Source: an uncultured Gemmatimonadaceae bacterium (GTDB taxonomy: Bacteria; Gemmatimonadota; Gemmatimonadetes; Gemmatimonadales; Gemmatimonadaceae). Taken from it: 64,000 bases of DNA. The notes beneath the pieces are model-generated. The model did not search any database and was not told the origin of the DNA. It saw only the letters and a list, made by a program, of their open reading frames with translations. A program made the position numbers and the translations under genes. Below, piece after piece: positions 29,199 through 39,536 of this stretch (the stretch's first letter is position 1; every line of letters starts with the position of its first letter). The stretch covers positions 1,632,001 to 1,696,000 of the forward strand of contig OY970320.1 in assembly GCA_963716745.1 (NCBI GenBank). Reading direction: 5' to 3'.

Positions 29199-32100
29199 GC
29201 GAGTACGTCGAACTCCACTGCCATTCCGCGTTCTCGCTGCTGGATGGTGCGTCGCCTCCCGAGACGCTCGTGTCGCGCGCGAAGACGCTCGGCTATCGCG
29301 CGCTCGCGCTCACCGATCACGACGAGCTCGGCGGCATCGTCGCGTTCGCGCAGGCGGCGAGCGAAGCGGGGATCGAGGGCATTGTCGGCGCCGAGCTCAC
29401 GGTCGAAGTGCCGGCATCATCGAGCACCGCAACGGCCGTTCCGATGACGACCGATGGCCGATGCGCCGGCGTTGCCACGCACTTGGTCTTGCTCGCGGAA
29501 GATCGTGAAGGCTATGGGAATCTCTCCATGCTGATCACAAAAGCCCGCATGGAACGTCCGCGCGGGCAGCCGGCGGTGCCGCTCGATGTGCTCGCGCAGC
29601 ACGCGGGCGGATTGTTCGCGCTCACGGGCTGCGCGCGCGGCTGGGTGCCGCGGCTCGTCGCGCGCGGGCTCGAGCACGAGGCGTGCGAGGCCGCCGCCAC
29701 GCTCGTCGACATCTTCGGCGGCCGCGTCGCCATCGAATGCTGGGACCACGGACTCGAAGAGGAACGCGCGCTCATCGGGCCGCTCATCGACATCGCGCGC
29801 GCGCTCGCGATCCCCTGGGTGGTCACGAACGATGTGCACTACGCCGATCCGGGCGCGCGCATGGTGCACGACGTGCTCAGCGCGCTGCGCCACCAGCGCA
29901 CGCTCGCCGAGATGGGCACGCGCGCGCGGCCCAACGGCGAGTGGTATCTCAAGGCTCCGTCGCAGGTCGCGCGCCGCTGGCAGCAGCGTCCCGAAGGCGT
30001 GCGCGCCACGCTCGCGATCGCCGAGCGCTGCGCGTGGCGCATGGCGCAGCTCAAGCCCACGCTGCCGAAATTCCCGCTCCCGCCGGCGGTGAGCGCCGAC
30101 GAGTATCTCGCGCGGCTCGTGGAGCAGGGCGCGCACGAGCGCTGGGGACGCGCGCGCACGCCGGCGCACGACCGGCAGCTCGCGCACGAGCTCGCGATCA
30201 TCGGCAAGCTCGGCCTCGCCGGCTATTTCCTGATCGTCTGGGACATCGTGCGCTTCTCGCGCCGCGCCGGCGTGCTCTGCCAGGGGCGCGGCTCGGCGGC
30301 GAACTCCGCGGTGTGCTTCTGTCTCGGCATCACCGCGGTGGACCCGATCCGTCTGGGATTGCTCTTCGAACGGTTCCTGAGCGAGGAGCGCCAGGAAGCG
30401 CCCGACATCGACATCGACTTCGCGCACCGCGACCGCGAGCAGGTGCTGCAGTACGTGTACCAGCGATACGGCCGCGATCACGCCGCGATGGTGTGCGAGC
30501 AGATCAGCTATCGCGGACGCTCGGCGATCCGCGATGCGTGCCGCGTGCTCGGCTTGTCCATCGAGCAGGCGGATGAACTCGCGGTGACCGCGGATCGCTT
30601 TAGTGCGAAGGCTACCGCGGAGGGCATCGTGCATCGCAGCATCGAGCATCGATGAAGCGGAGCGCATCGGCGGGCATCTCATCTCGGGCACTGAGGTGCG
30701 CACGCGCCTCCACGCGATGGAAGAGAAGGAGAAGCAACAGGCCGCAGTGGCGGTCCCCGATGCACGCGGCACGATGCACGATGCACCCGCCGATAAGGGC
30801 ACCGATATCATGCATCTCATATCGCAGATCGTCGGCGGATTGCATCACGTCCCGAGACATAGATCCATCCACGTCGGCGGATTCGTGCTCACCGAGGAAC
30901 CGCTCGGCACCATCGTGCCGATCGAGCCGGCGTCGATGGCGGACCGCACCGTGATCCAATGGGAGAAGGACGACACCGCGACGATGGGGCTCGTGAAGAT
31001 CGACCTGCTCGGGCTCGGGATGCTCACGCTCATCCAGGATTGTCTGCTGTACATCCGCCGCACGCGCGGCGTGACGCTGGAGCTCGCGGACCTCGACTGC
31101 ACCGATCAGGCGGTGTACGACGATCTCGGGAGAGCCGACACCGTGGGGATCTTCCAGGTGGAGAGCCGCGCGCAGATGAACACGCTGCCGCGGCTCAAGC
31201 CGCGCTGCTTCTACGATCTCGTGGTGGAGGTCGCGCTCATCCGCCCCGGCCCGATCCAGGGGCAGATGGTGCATCCGTATCTCCGGCGGCGCGCGGGACT
31301 CGAGCCGGTGACGTATCCGCATCCGTCGCTCGAGCCGATCCTCAAGCGCACGCTGGGAGTGCCGCTCTTCCAGGAGCAGGGGATGCAGGTGGCGATCACC
31401 GCGGCCGGTTTCACCGCGAGCGAGGCCGACGTGCTGCGCCGCGCGATGGGGCACAAGCGCAGTCACGAGCGCATGGAGGCGATCGCGCGCAAGATGCTCG
31501 ACGGCATGCAGCGCAACGGCATTCCCGCGGATGTCGCGCTCAGGATCTTCAACCAGATCAACGCCTTCGCGGACTACGGTTTCCCCGAATCGCACGCCGC
31601 AAGTTTCGCACTGCTCGTGTACGCGAGCGCGTACCTCAAGCACTACTACGCGCCGGAATACACCGCCGCGATCCTGAACGCGCAGCCGATGGGGTTCTAC
31701 TCGGTGGGGACGCTCATTGAGGACGCGAGGCGGCATGGCGTGGAGATCTTGCCGGTGGATGCGACGGTGTCGGGGTTTGAGACAACGCTTGAGAACGTTC
31801 GGGACGCGGGACTCGGGACGCGCCGCGGGAGGCGGGAGAGCGACGAGGCTCACCGTCAGTTCTCGCATCCCGCGGCGCGTCCCGAGTCCCGCAGTCCCGT
31901 CAGTTCGGTTGGGGCTGCACCTCGTCCGGGGCCTCGGCAGCCGCGCACGCGAGAATCTCAAAGGCGCGATAGAAGCCGGCGGCCCGTTCCAGTCGATCGG
32001 CGACCTGCTCGATCGCTCCGGGTTAGATCGAGGCGCCCTCCGCTCGCTCGCGGAGAGCGGCGCGCTCGACTGCTTCGTGCCGGATGAGCCGAATGCGCGG

Positions 32101-32631
32101 CGGCGGCGCGCGGCGCTCTGGCGGATGCTCGAGGCGGAGCGCGGCGATGCGGGGCCGCTCGCGCCGGGACGGTACACGCTCGAAGTGCCGCCGCCGGTGC
32201 CGGCGATGAGCGCCGCCGAGATCACCGCCGCCGATTACCGCATGACCGGCCTCTCGCTCAACGGGCATCCGCTGGAGCATCTGCGTCCGCTGCTCCACGA
32301 GAACGGCGTGCTGAGCGCGCGCGAAGTGCTCGCGCTGCCCGATGCGACGCGCGGCGTGGGGACGGCCGGCCTCGTCATCTGCCGCCAGCGGCCGGGCACG
32401 GCGAAAGGGTTCGTCTTCCTCACGCTGGAAGATGAGACCGGGCTCGTGAACGTGGTGGTCACGCCCAAGCGGTTCGAGCGGCAGGCGCTGATGATCTCGC
32501 GCGCGCCGCTCATCCTCGTGCGCGGCACGCTGCAGGTGGAGCAAGGCGTGGTGAATCTGCGCGGCGAGACGTTCCGCGAGCTGAAACCGGGCGTCTCGCT
32601 CGAAGGGTGGCGCGGGCACGACTTCCATTGA
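29186..32631 (+). CDS. dnaE2: Error-prone DNA polymerase DnaE2 (ImuC); +1 frameshifts at 30638 and 31893, probably sequencing errors
   Basis: YVELHCHSAFSLLDGAS, GRGSAANS, PDIDIDF, KIDLLGLGMLT, FQVESRAQM, GFPESHAASFA, RQRPGTAKG, C-terminal GHDFH (SRDFH-like). Confidence 0.95.
31800..31899. repeat. In-frame palindromic insertion (GGGACTC/GAGTCCC heptamers) inside dnaE2
   Basis: 31800-31830 is the reverse complement of 31868-31899 except for one extra A at 31893. Confidence 0.9.
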
Positions 32632-32713
32632 GCCGCGGTTCGGGGCCTGTGCGCCATGCACACGCGGCGGCCTCCGGGGTAATATTCACCATGTCCCGTT
32701 CCGGAGACCCACG

Positions 32714-33250
32714 ATGACACGCCCAACGAAGTTCTTGGCTGCGCTCCTGTCGGGCGCGGCGATCGCCGTGTTCACGGTCGCGGCGCAATCGGATTCCGCG
32801 CCACGCATCACCGACGTGATGTCGCAGTCGGAGATGCGCGAGACGGGCGTCGCGTCGCTCACACCGGCGCAGCGCGCCGCGTTGGATGCGTGGCTCGCGC
32901 GGTACACCGGCATCGTCGAGCGCGCGGCATCGCACGGCGCGCAGGCGGGCGCGCCGGAGGCCGTCGCCGCGGGCGACCCGAACGGCGGCGTCTCCTACTC
33001 GGGTCCGCCGAGCGCCGAGTATGGCAGCCGGATCACCGAGGTGCGCGACGGCGGCGGCTACGTGAAGCTCGCGGACGGCACGGTGTGGGAAGTGCTGCTT
33101 GCGAAGCGCCCCGAGGCCGACACATGGAAAGTGGGCGACTACCTGCTGGTGAGCGCGCGCGCGGTGGCGCTGGATGGCGACTACTACTTCGAGCTCATCA
33201 ACGGCCGCAGCGGGCACGGCGTGGCGGTGAAGTTCAAGGGGAAGGAATAG
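32714..33250 (+). CDS. Hypothetical secreted protein
   Basis: GGAG RBS, signal peptide; MS..E....G...LT..Q.AAL..WL then a beta-domain with KLADGTVW. Confidence 0.7.
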   Translation: MTRPTKFLAALLSGAAIAVFTVAAQSDSAPRITDVMSQSEMRETGVASLTPAQRAALDAWLARYTGIVERAASHGAQAGAPEAVAAGDPNGGVSYSGPPSAEYGSRITEVRDGGGYVKLADGTVWEVLLAKRPEADTWKVGDYLLVSARAVALDGDYYFELINGRSGHGVAVKFKGKE

Positions 33251-33251
33251 T

Positions 33252-35111
33252 TCATCCGGCGGTGCGCGCCGGGGTGGCTTCGCCCGGCACCGTGAAATCC
33301 TCCCCCGGATTGATGAACTCGTCCTTCTCCGCACCGTACTGCTTCTCGTAGAGCTGCTTGTAGCGCCCGCGCAGCGCGAGGAGCTCCGGCTGCGTGCCGC
33401 GCTCGACGATGCGGCCCCCCTCGAGCACCAGGATCTGATCGGCGCTCGCGATGGTCGAGAGGCGATGCGCGATCACGAACGTCGTGCGCCCCTGACGCAA
33501 CGTGCGCAGCCCATCGCGGATCAGCTCCTCACTCTCGCTGTCGAGACTCGATGTGGCCTCGTCGAGGATCAGGATGCTCGGATCGGCGAGGATCGCGCGC
33601 GCGATCGCGACGCGCTGGCGCTGGCCACCCGACAGCCGCACGCCGCGTTCGCCGACGACGGTCTCGTAGCCCTGCGCGAAGCCGTTCACGAATTCGTCGC
33701 AGTGCGCGACGCGCGCCGCTTCGCGCACTTCATCCAGGCTCGCGCCGGGCTTCGAGAAGGCGATGTTGTCGGCGACGGTGCCGTCGAACAGGAAATTGTC
33801 CTGCATGACCACGCCGAGGTGCGCGCGGTACTCGCGCAGCTTGAGCGTCGCGAGATCGCGGCCATCCATGAGGATCCGCCCGGAGCGCGGACGGTTGAAC
33901 GCCATGATGAGCCCGATCAGCGTGCTCTTCCCCGACCCGCTCGAGCCGACGAGCGCCGTCGTCGAGCCCGCCTCGGCGTGGAACGAGACATCGTCGAGCA
34001 CCGTGACGCCGGGATTGTACTCGAAGCTCACGTGCTCGAACGTGACGTCGCCGCGGAGTTCCGGGAGATGCTCGTGGTCGCGGTCCTGCTCGTCCTCGGT
34101 GACCATCTGCCGGATCTCGCGGATGCGGTCGAGGCCGGCGAATGCTTCCGTGAATTGCGTGCCGATCGACGCGAGCTGCACCATCGGCGCGATCAGCATC
34201 CCGACGAACACGGTGTACATGAACAAGTCGCCGAGCGTCATCGTGCCCTCGAGCACGTCCCGCCCCGCGACGAGGATCATCAGCACGCCGATGATGCCCG
34301 CCACCACAGTGCCGAAGGTCGTGACGGTGGCGACGCCGGTGAGCGACGCCGCGATGTTCCGGAACAGCTTGTGCGCGCCGCGGGCGAATGTCGTTTGTTC
34401 GCGCCGCTCCGCCACGTAGGTCTTCACGATCCGCACGCCGCCGAGCGCTTGCGCGAGCCGCCCTGTGATCTCCGCGGTGATCGCGCCGCGCTCCCGAAAC
34501 AGCGGCCGCAGACGGCTGAACGCCACGGCCATGCCACCACCGAAGATCACGAGGATCAGCAGCGTGAGCGAGGTCAGCTGCCAGTTGATCCAGAAGAGCA
34601 CGCCGAGCGCCACGACGGCGGTGATCGTGCTGCCGACAAGCTGGACCAGCCCGGTGCCGACCAGATTCCGGATCCCTTCCGCATCAGTCATGATGCGCGA
34701 GATGAGCACGCCGCTCTGCGTGGTATCGAAGAAGGCGACTGGCAGGCGCAGCACGTGCGCCTGCACACGCTTCCGCATGTCGGTGATCGCCCGTTGCGCG
34801 GCGACGCTCATCACCTGAGTGAGCGTAAAGCTCGTCGCGGCCTGCACGAGCGTCGCTCCCGCGACCGCGAGCGCGATCCACTTGAGCAGGTCGGGACGAT
34901 GTTTCCCGATGACCGTGTCGATCAGGAATTTCGTGCTCGACGGGAGCACGAAGGCGGCGGCGCTGTTCACGAGCACCAGGAGGAGTCCCAGCGCCACCTT
35001 CCACCGGTGCGACCAGATGAGCTCGCGCGCTTCCTGCCACGCGTTGCTCATGTTGACCTTCTTCTTCGGCGCGCCCGGCGCGGGCGCGCCGGACACGTTC
35101 GGCGCGGTCAC
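33252..35111 (-). CDS. ABC exporter, fused permease/ATPase (MsbA-like)
   Basis: Six TM helices, GSSGSGKST, LSGGQRQR, ILDEATS, IAHRLST. Confidence 0.95.
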   Translation of the reverse strand: MTAPNVSGAPAPGAPKKKVNMSNAWQEARELIWSHRWKVALGLLLVLVNSAAAFVLPSSTKFLIDTVIGKHRPDLLKWIALAVAGATLVQAATSFTLTQVMSVAAQRAITDMRKRVQAHVLRLPVAFFDTTQSGVLISRIMTDAEGIRNLVGTGLVQLVGSTITAVVALGVLFWINWQLTSLTLLILVIFGGGMAVAFSRLRPLFRERGAITAEITGRLAQALGGVRIVKTYVAERREQTTFARGAHKLFRNIAASLTGVATVTTFGTVVAGIIGVLMILVAGRDVLEGTMTLGDLFMYTVFVGMLIAPMVQLASIGTQFTEAFAGLDRIREIRQMVTEDEQDRDHEHLPELRGDVTFEHVSFEYNPGVTVLDDVSFHAEAGSTTALVGSSGSGKSTLIGLIMAFNRPRSGRILMDGRDLATLKLREYRAHLGVVMQDNFLFDGTVADNIAFSKPGASLDEVREAARVAHCDEFVNGFAQGYETVVGERGVRLSGGQRQRVAIARAILADPSILILDEATSSLDSESEELIRDGLRTLRQGRTTFVIAHRLSTIASADQILVLEGGRIVERGTQPELLALRGRYKQLYEKQYGAEKDEFINPGEDFTVPGEATPARTAG

Positions 35112-35545
35112 TTCGCGGAGCGCTGTTTCTCGACCGACGCGACGAAGCGCGCGAGGGTCTTCTTCGCGTTCTCGCTGTTCGCCGCCACCCACTCGGCGTT
35201 CTGCAGGAACGGCCGTCCCGTCTCTTCGCGCAGCTGCTTCAGCCACGGCAGCGATTTGGCGTAGATGATGAGTCCCTCGCCCGCGTTCTCCATGAGGAAG
35301 TCGGCGTGGATGATGCCATGCTTCGCCATCCCGTACACCATCTCCCAGTACGTGGACGCCTGGCGGAACGCCTGGTTCTGCGGATGCGCCGTGCTCGTGG
35401 CGACGGTCTTGAGCTCGTCGAAGCTCTTGGGCAGGAACTGCGTCACCATCGTGGTGCGCGCCTCACGCAACGACGTTTCGCGGCGGAGATCGTACAGCCT
35501 GAGCAGCAGTTCGGCGTCGTGGTGGTCGGGATAATCCTTTGGCAT
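35108..35545 (-). CDS. Conserved hypothetical protein (DUF4760-like)
   Basis: DAELLLRLYDLRRE...AR, YWEM; stop overlaps the ABC transporter GTG. Confidence 0.7.
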   Translation of the reverse strand: MPKDYPDHHDAELLLRLYDLRRETSLREARTTMVTQFLPKSFDELKTVATSTAHPQNQAFRQASTYWEMVYGMAKHGIIHADFLMENAGEGLIIYAKSLPWLKQLREETGRPFLQNAEWVAANSENAKKTLARFVASVEKQRSAK

Positions 35546-35574
35546 GTCCGGTGTGCTGAGAGGATGGGGCTTGG

Positions 35575-36159
35575 TCACTTCTTGGCCCGATGCGCGAGCG
35601 CATCGGTCACCATGCGCGCGATGCGCGATTCGAGCTGGCCCGTCGTGGCGCAATGCGTGCGATTCGACGCGACGCCCTCGGGCACCGCGTAGCCGTTCAC
35701 CTGCGTCTTGATGCGCGAGACCTCCGCCGAATCGTTCATCACCTGGATCGAGAGCGACATCGTGATCTGCGATTGCTGGGCCACCGGGCCGAGCGCGCCC
35801 ATCCCGCAGTCGAGATAGTGCGAGATCTGGACGCCGCCGAGCTGACGCTGCAGCCGGAACGACGTGTTCGCGATGTAGCGCTCTTGATTGTTCACCGTGG
35901 CCGGTTCGACGCCCAGTTCGAGGAACACGCTCCGGACCACCGGCCACACGGAATCGGCCGGCGCGAGGATGGTAGCAATGACCACCTCGCGCGTCTCCAC
36001 CGTGGTCATGTCATACGAACTCGAGGGCGTCTTGAACTGCTGCGGTTGCACGACCAATGTCACCGTCGGCGCGGCGGAAGGACCGGAACCTCCGCCGCTC
36101 GCACATCCCGTCAGCGCGAGCGCCATGGCAAGGGCGCTCCCGATCGCGCGAGCTACCAC
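35575..36159 (-). CDS. Hypothetical lipoprotein (paralog of 36161..36742)
   Basis: LTGC lipobox; DSVW..F.ELGVEP, YLDCG, HC.TTGQLE. Confidence 0.8.
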   Translation of the reverse strand: MVARAIGSALAMALALTGCASGGGSGPSAAPTVTLVVQPQQFKTPSSSYDMTTVETREVVIATILAPADSVWPVVRSVFLELGVEPATVNNQERYIANTSFRLQRQLGGVQISHYLDCGMGALGPVAQQSQITMSLSIQVMNDSAEVSRIKTQVNGYAVPEGVASNRTHCATTGQLESRIARMVTDALAHRAKK

Positions 36160-36160
36160 C

Positions 36161-36742
36161 TCACTTCCCCGCGCCGTGCTTCAACGCATTGCTCACCATG
36201 CGCGCCACTCGCGCCTCGAGCTGCCCCGTGCTGGCGCAATGCACCTTCTGCGCCTGCAGTCCGCGCTGCACCGCGTAGCCGTCCACTTGTGACTTGAGCG
36301 TCGAGGTCATGCTCGAATCCGGCACCACCTGCACGGTGAGCGACATCGTGATCTGTGAATTGCTGGCGACGTTGCCCGAAATGTTCGTGCCGCAGTCAAG
36401 ATACTTCGCGACGCCCACACCGCCGAGGGCGCCCTGCACGCGGAAGGAGGTGTTGGCCAGATAGTGCTGCGTCGGGTCGATGGTCTGCGGTTCGACGCCG
36501 AGGTCCAGGAAGATCGACCCCAGGACGCTCCACACCGAGTCGACGGGCGAGAGGATCGTGACCGTCATCACGTCCTTGGAATCGACCGTCGTGATAGGCG
36601 TGTTGGAGGCTTGGGCGCCGCCGGTGACGATCTGGCTCGAATTCACCTTCTGCGTCACATACGGCGCATCGCCCCCGCCCGTGCTCGCCGAAGCACACGC
36701 CGCCAGCGCCAATGCAACGACCGGAACGCTCATGCGATACAT
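36161..36742 (-). CDS. Hypothetical lipoprotein (paralog of 35575..36159)
   Basis: GGAGG RBS, LAAC lipobox; DSVW..F.DLGVEP, YLDCG, HCASTGQLE. Confidence 0.8.
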   Translation of the reverse strand: MYRMSVPVVALALAACASASTGGGDAPYVTQKVNSSQIVTGGAQASNTPITTVDSKDVMTVTILSPVDSVWSVLGSIFLDLGVEPQTIDPTQHYLANTSFRVQGALGGVGVAKYLDCGTNISGNVASNSQITMSLTVQVVPDSSMTSTLKSQVDGYAVQRGLQAQKVHCASTGQLEARVARMVSNALKHGAGK

Positions 36743-36818
36743 ACCAGCCTCCTTCCAGAAGTGATGCCGCCCGGGCATCGATTCAACGATGTAGCTCCGT
36801 CGCAACGCGGCGCAATGG

Positions 36819-38936
36819 CTATGGAACGCGCGCATCGCCTAGATAGCGCCCCAGCCAGCCCAGCACTTCGCCCCACCAGAAGCGCTGGTTCTGCGGCTTG
36901 AGGATCCAGTGTCCCTCGTCCGGGAATACGACGAGCCGCGACGGCACCCCCTGTCGCTGCAGCGCGCCGAACAGCGCGAGACTCTGCGTGTACGGCACGC
37001 GGAAATCCTGCTCTCCCGCGAGCACGAGCATCGGCGTATGGAAATCCTTCGCATACAGATGCGGCGACCACGTGCGGTACTGCGTCGACATCGCCAACGG
37101 GTCCCAGTATGGCGCCGTGAACTCCCATTCGGCGAACCAGTGCTCATCGGTCGCGCCCGCGAATGCCTCGAGGTCGAACACGCCGGCGTGTGAGACCAGC
37201 GCCTTGAACCGATCGTTGTGCCCGGCGATCCAGTCCACCATGTACCCGCCGTACGAGCCGCCGGCGGCGGCCGCGCGCGATCCATCGAGCCACGGGAATC
37301 GCACGAGCGCGGCATCCACTCCGTTCATTAAATCGGCGTACGCCGCGCCGCCCCACTCGTGCGAGACGCCGTCGACGAACTTCTGCCCGTAGCCCGGCGA
37401 GCCGCGCGGATTCACCAGCAGCACGCCATAACCGGGCGCCGCGAACAGCTCCGCGTTCCAGCGGCGGCTCCAACTGTCGAGCCATGGCACCTGCGGACCG
37501 CCGTGGATGAGCAGCACCACCGGATACGATGCGCCCGACGCCCACTGCGGCGGACGCACGAGCATCCCCTGCACGCTGTCGCCGCGCACGCTCTTGAACC
37601 AGTAATCCTCGGCCGGATACAGCCGCACCGCGGCGAGCAGCGAATCGTTCGCGTGCGTCACCGCGCGAAGTCCGGAGATCCCGCCCGCGCCGAGCGTCGC
37701 GACGTACGCATCCGGCGGGTGGTCGATCGCGTCGCGCAGCCACCCGATCGCGCGCCCGTTCCGGTCGATGGTCACCGAGGAATTGTTGCGCTCCGAGACG
37801 ATCGGCACCGGCGCGCCATCGGCGGCGGCCTTGCCGTTCGTAGCGTCGGCGAGCGCGACGCGGAAGATCTTCGTGCGCGCGGCATCCACCGCTTCGATCA
37901 GCAGCGACTTACCGTCGGGCGCGAACACGTAGCGGTCCGCGTCGCGGTCCCACTGCGGCAGCAGCTCGCGCGACAGCTTCGTCGCGCGATCGTACAACAT
38001 GATGCGCCAGTGATCGGACTCGAATCCGGCGCGCGCCTGCGACCGGTACGCGATGAGTCGGCCGTCGGGAGAATAGACGGGATTCTCATCGGCGCCGAGG
38101 TTCGCGGCCGTGATCACCACCGCCGTACCGCCCGCCGCCGGCACGGTGTACACGTTCACATCGGTGCTCCATGCGTCGGCGCGCCCCTGGTCCTTCGCGC
38201 TGTACGCGACCTCCTGGCCGTCCGGCGAGAACGCGTAGCCGTCGCTCGTGCCGTCGGGACCGGGCGGCACATCGTACGGCGCGTGCGCCGTGAGGTCGAG
38301 CGCCGCCGAGCCGTCGGCGCCGATCACGAACAGATGCTGCCGTGTGCCGTCGTCCCACGCCGTCCAATGCCGGTACATGAGCGCGTCGGCGACGTGCGCC
38401 TTCACCACGCTCGCGCCGCGCGTGCGTTCGCTCTCCGCGTTGCACGCGTCGGTGTCGCAGCTCGGCGTGACCGCCGAGGTGAACGCGATCCGGTTGCCGC
38501 CCGGCGACCAGACCGGCCCGCTCGCACCGCCGGCGAGCTTCGTCAGCTGCGTACGGTTCGCGCCCGACGCGTCCGCCACCCAGAGTTGTCCGCCCGAGAT
38601 GTATGCGATGCGCTTCCCGTCTGGTGACCAGCGCGCCTCCGATGCGTGCGCGGCCTCATCGGGGAACGCGCGCGCGGCCGGTTGATTCAACGCGCTCACA
38701 TAGCTCGTGGTGGTGCGCGAATTCGCCGCGAGGTCGGTGGTGGTGATCGCGTACAGCATGGACTCGCCATCCGGCGCGATCTGCGGATCGGACACCATTC
38801 TCACGGCGATCGCCTCCGCCACGGTGAGCGGATGCTTCGCGGGCGGCGCGGCGGCGGGCGCCTGCGCGCCCAGCCCGAACGCCACCGTCGCCGCCACGAT
38901 CGCGGCGTTGCCCGTGCTGCAGAACTGGATTCGCAT
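36819..38936 (-). CDS. Secreted S9 family peptidase (dipeptidyl/acylaminoacyl peptidase)
   Basis: SPDG repeats, IHGGPQ, GGSYGG, DFRVP, DEGHW. Confidence 0.93.
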   Translation of the reverse strand: MRIQFCSTGNAAIVAATVAFGLGAQAPAAAPPAKHPLTVAEAIAVRMVSDPQIAPDGESMLYAITTTDLAANSRTTTSYVSALNQPAARAFPDEAAHASEARWSPDGKRIAYISGGQLWVADASGANRTQLTKLAGGASGPVWSPGGNRIAFTSAVTPSCDTDACNAESERTRGASVVKAHVADALMYRHWTAWDDGTRQHLFVIGADGSAALDLTAHAPYDVPPGPDGTSDGYAFSPDGQEVAYSAKDQGRADAWSTDVNVYTVPAAGGTAVVITAANLGADENPVYSPDGRLIAYRSQARAGFESDHWRIMLYDRATKLSRELLPQWDRDADRYVFAPDGKSLLIEAVDAARTKIFRVALADATNGKAAADGAPVPIVSERNNSSVTIDRNGRAIGWLRDAIDHPPDAYVATLGAGGISGLRAVTHANDSLLAAVRLYPAEDYWFKSVRGDSVQGMLVRPPQWASGASYPVVLLIHGGPQVPWLDSWSRRWNAELFAAPGYGVLLVNPRGSPGYGQKFVDGVSHEWGGAAYADLMNGVDAALVRFPWLDGSRAAAAGGSYGGYMVDWIAGHNDRFKALVSHAGVFDLEAFAGATDEHWFAEWEFTAPYWDPLAMSTQYRTWSPHLYAKDFHTPMLVLAGEQDFRVPYTQSLALFGALQRQGVPSRLVVFPDEGHWILKPQNQRFWWGEVLGWLGRYLGDARVP

Positions 38937-38942
38937 CTGCTC

Positions 38943-39536
38943 CTAGGCTTGAGTGCCGAGCGCCGCGAGCGCCGCGAGCGCCGCGGGCTCATCGACATCC
39001 ACCGGCGCCGCGACCGCCACGTCCACGATCGTCACGCGCCGCTCGTCGCGTTCGATCACCGCCCGCGCGCCGACGTCGCCGCGCAGCGCGCGCAATTCCG
39101 CGAACACGTCGGCCGCGAACAGCACCGGATGGCCGCGCACCCCTCCAGTGTAACGGGGCGCCACGATCGACGCGCCTCCCGCGCGCCAAGCCGCGAGCAC
39201 CGCGGCATACGCCGCCGGCGGGACGAGCGGCTGATCGCCGAGCACGACGAGCACCGCCTCGGTGTCCGGCTCGCACGCCTCCACGCCGGCCGCGAGCGAC
39301 GCGCTCATGCCCGCCGCCGCATTGGCGTTCACGACGACACGCACCGGCAGGTCCGCGAGCGCCGCCCTGATCGCCGCCGCGTCCGCTCCCGTCACCACGA
39401 TGGTCTCGTCCATCCCCGCGTGGAGCGCCCGCAACACCGCGCTGCGCACGACGGTCATGCCGCCGAGCGGCGCGAGCAGCTTCTGCGCGCCGAACCGCGT
39501 CGACGCGCCCGCCGCCAGCACGATCGCCGCGATCAC
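38943..39536 (-). CDS. Molybdenum cofactor nucleotidyltransferase (MocA-like)
   Basis: LAAGASTRFG..KLL, GM..SL, LGDQP, GHPVLF, GDVGAR, DVD. Confidence 0.88.
   Translation of the reverse strand: MIAAIVLAAGASTRFGAQKLLAPLGGMTVVRSAVLRALHAGMDETIVVTGADAAAIRAALADLPVRVVVNANAAAGMSASLAAGVEACEPDTEAVLVVLGDQPLVPPAAYAAVLAAWRAGGASIVAPRYTGGVRGHPVLFAADVFAELRALRGDVGARAVIERDERRVTIVDVAVAAPVDVDEPAALAALAALGTQA

Noticed and set aside
30620..30800. Intein in DnaE2
   Set aside because: The insert is short and has no Cys/Ser start, HN end or LAGLIDADG motifs; it is repeat-bounded low-complexity sequence.
29186..32631. Programmed frameshifting or a split/pseudogenised dnaE2
   Set aside because: No slippery sequences. 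Each break is one extra base that also disrupts a repeat, and the same +1 pattern occurs across the window, so sequencing error is more likely.
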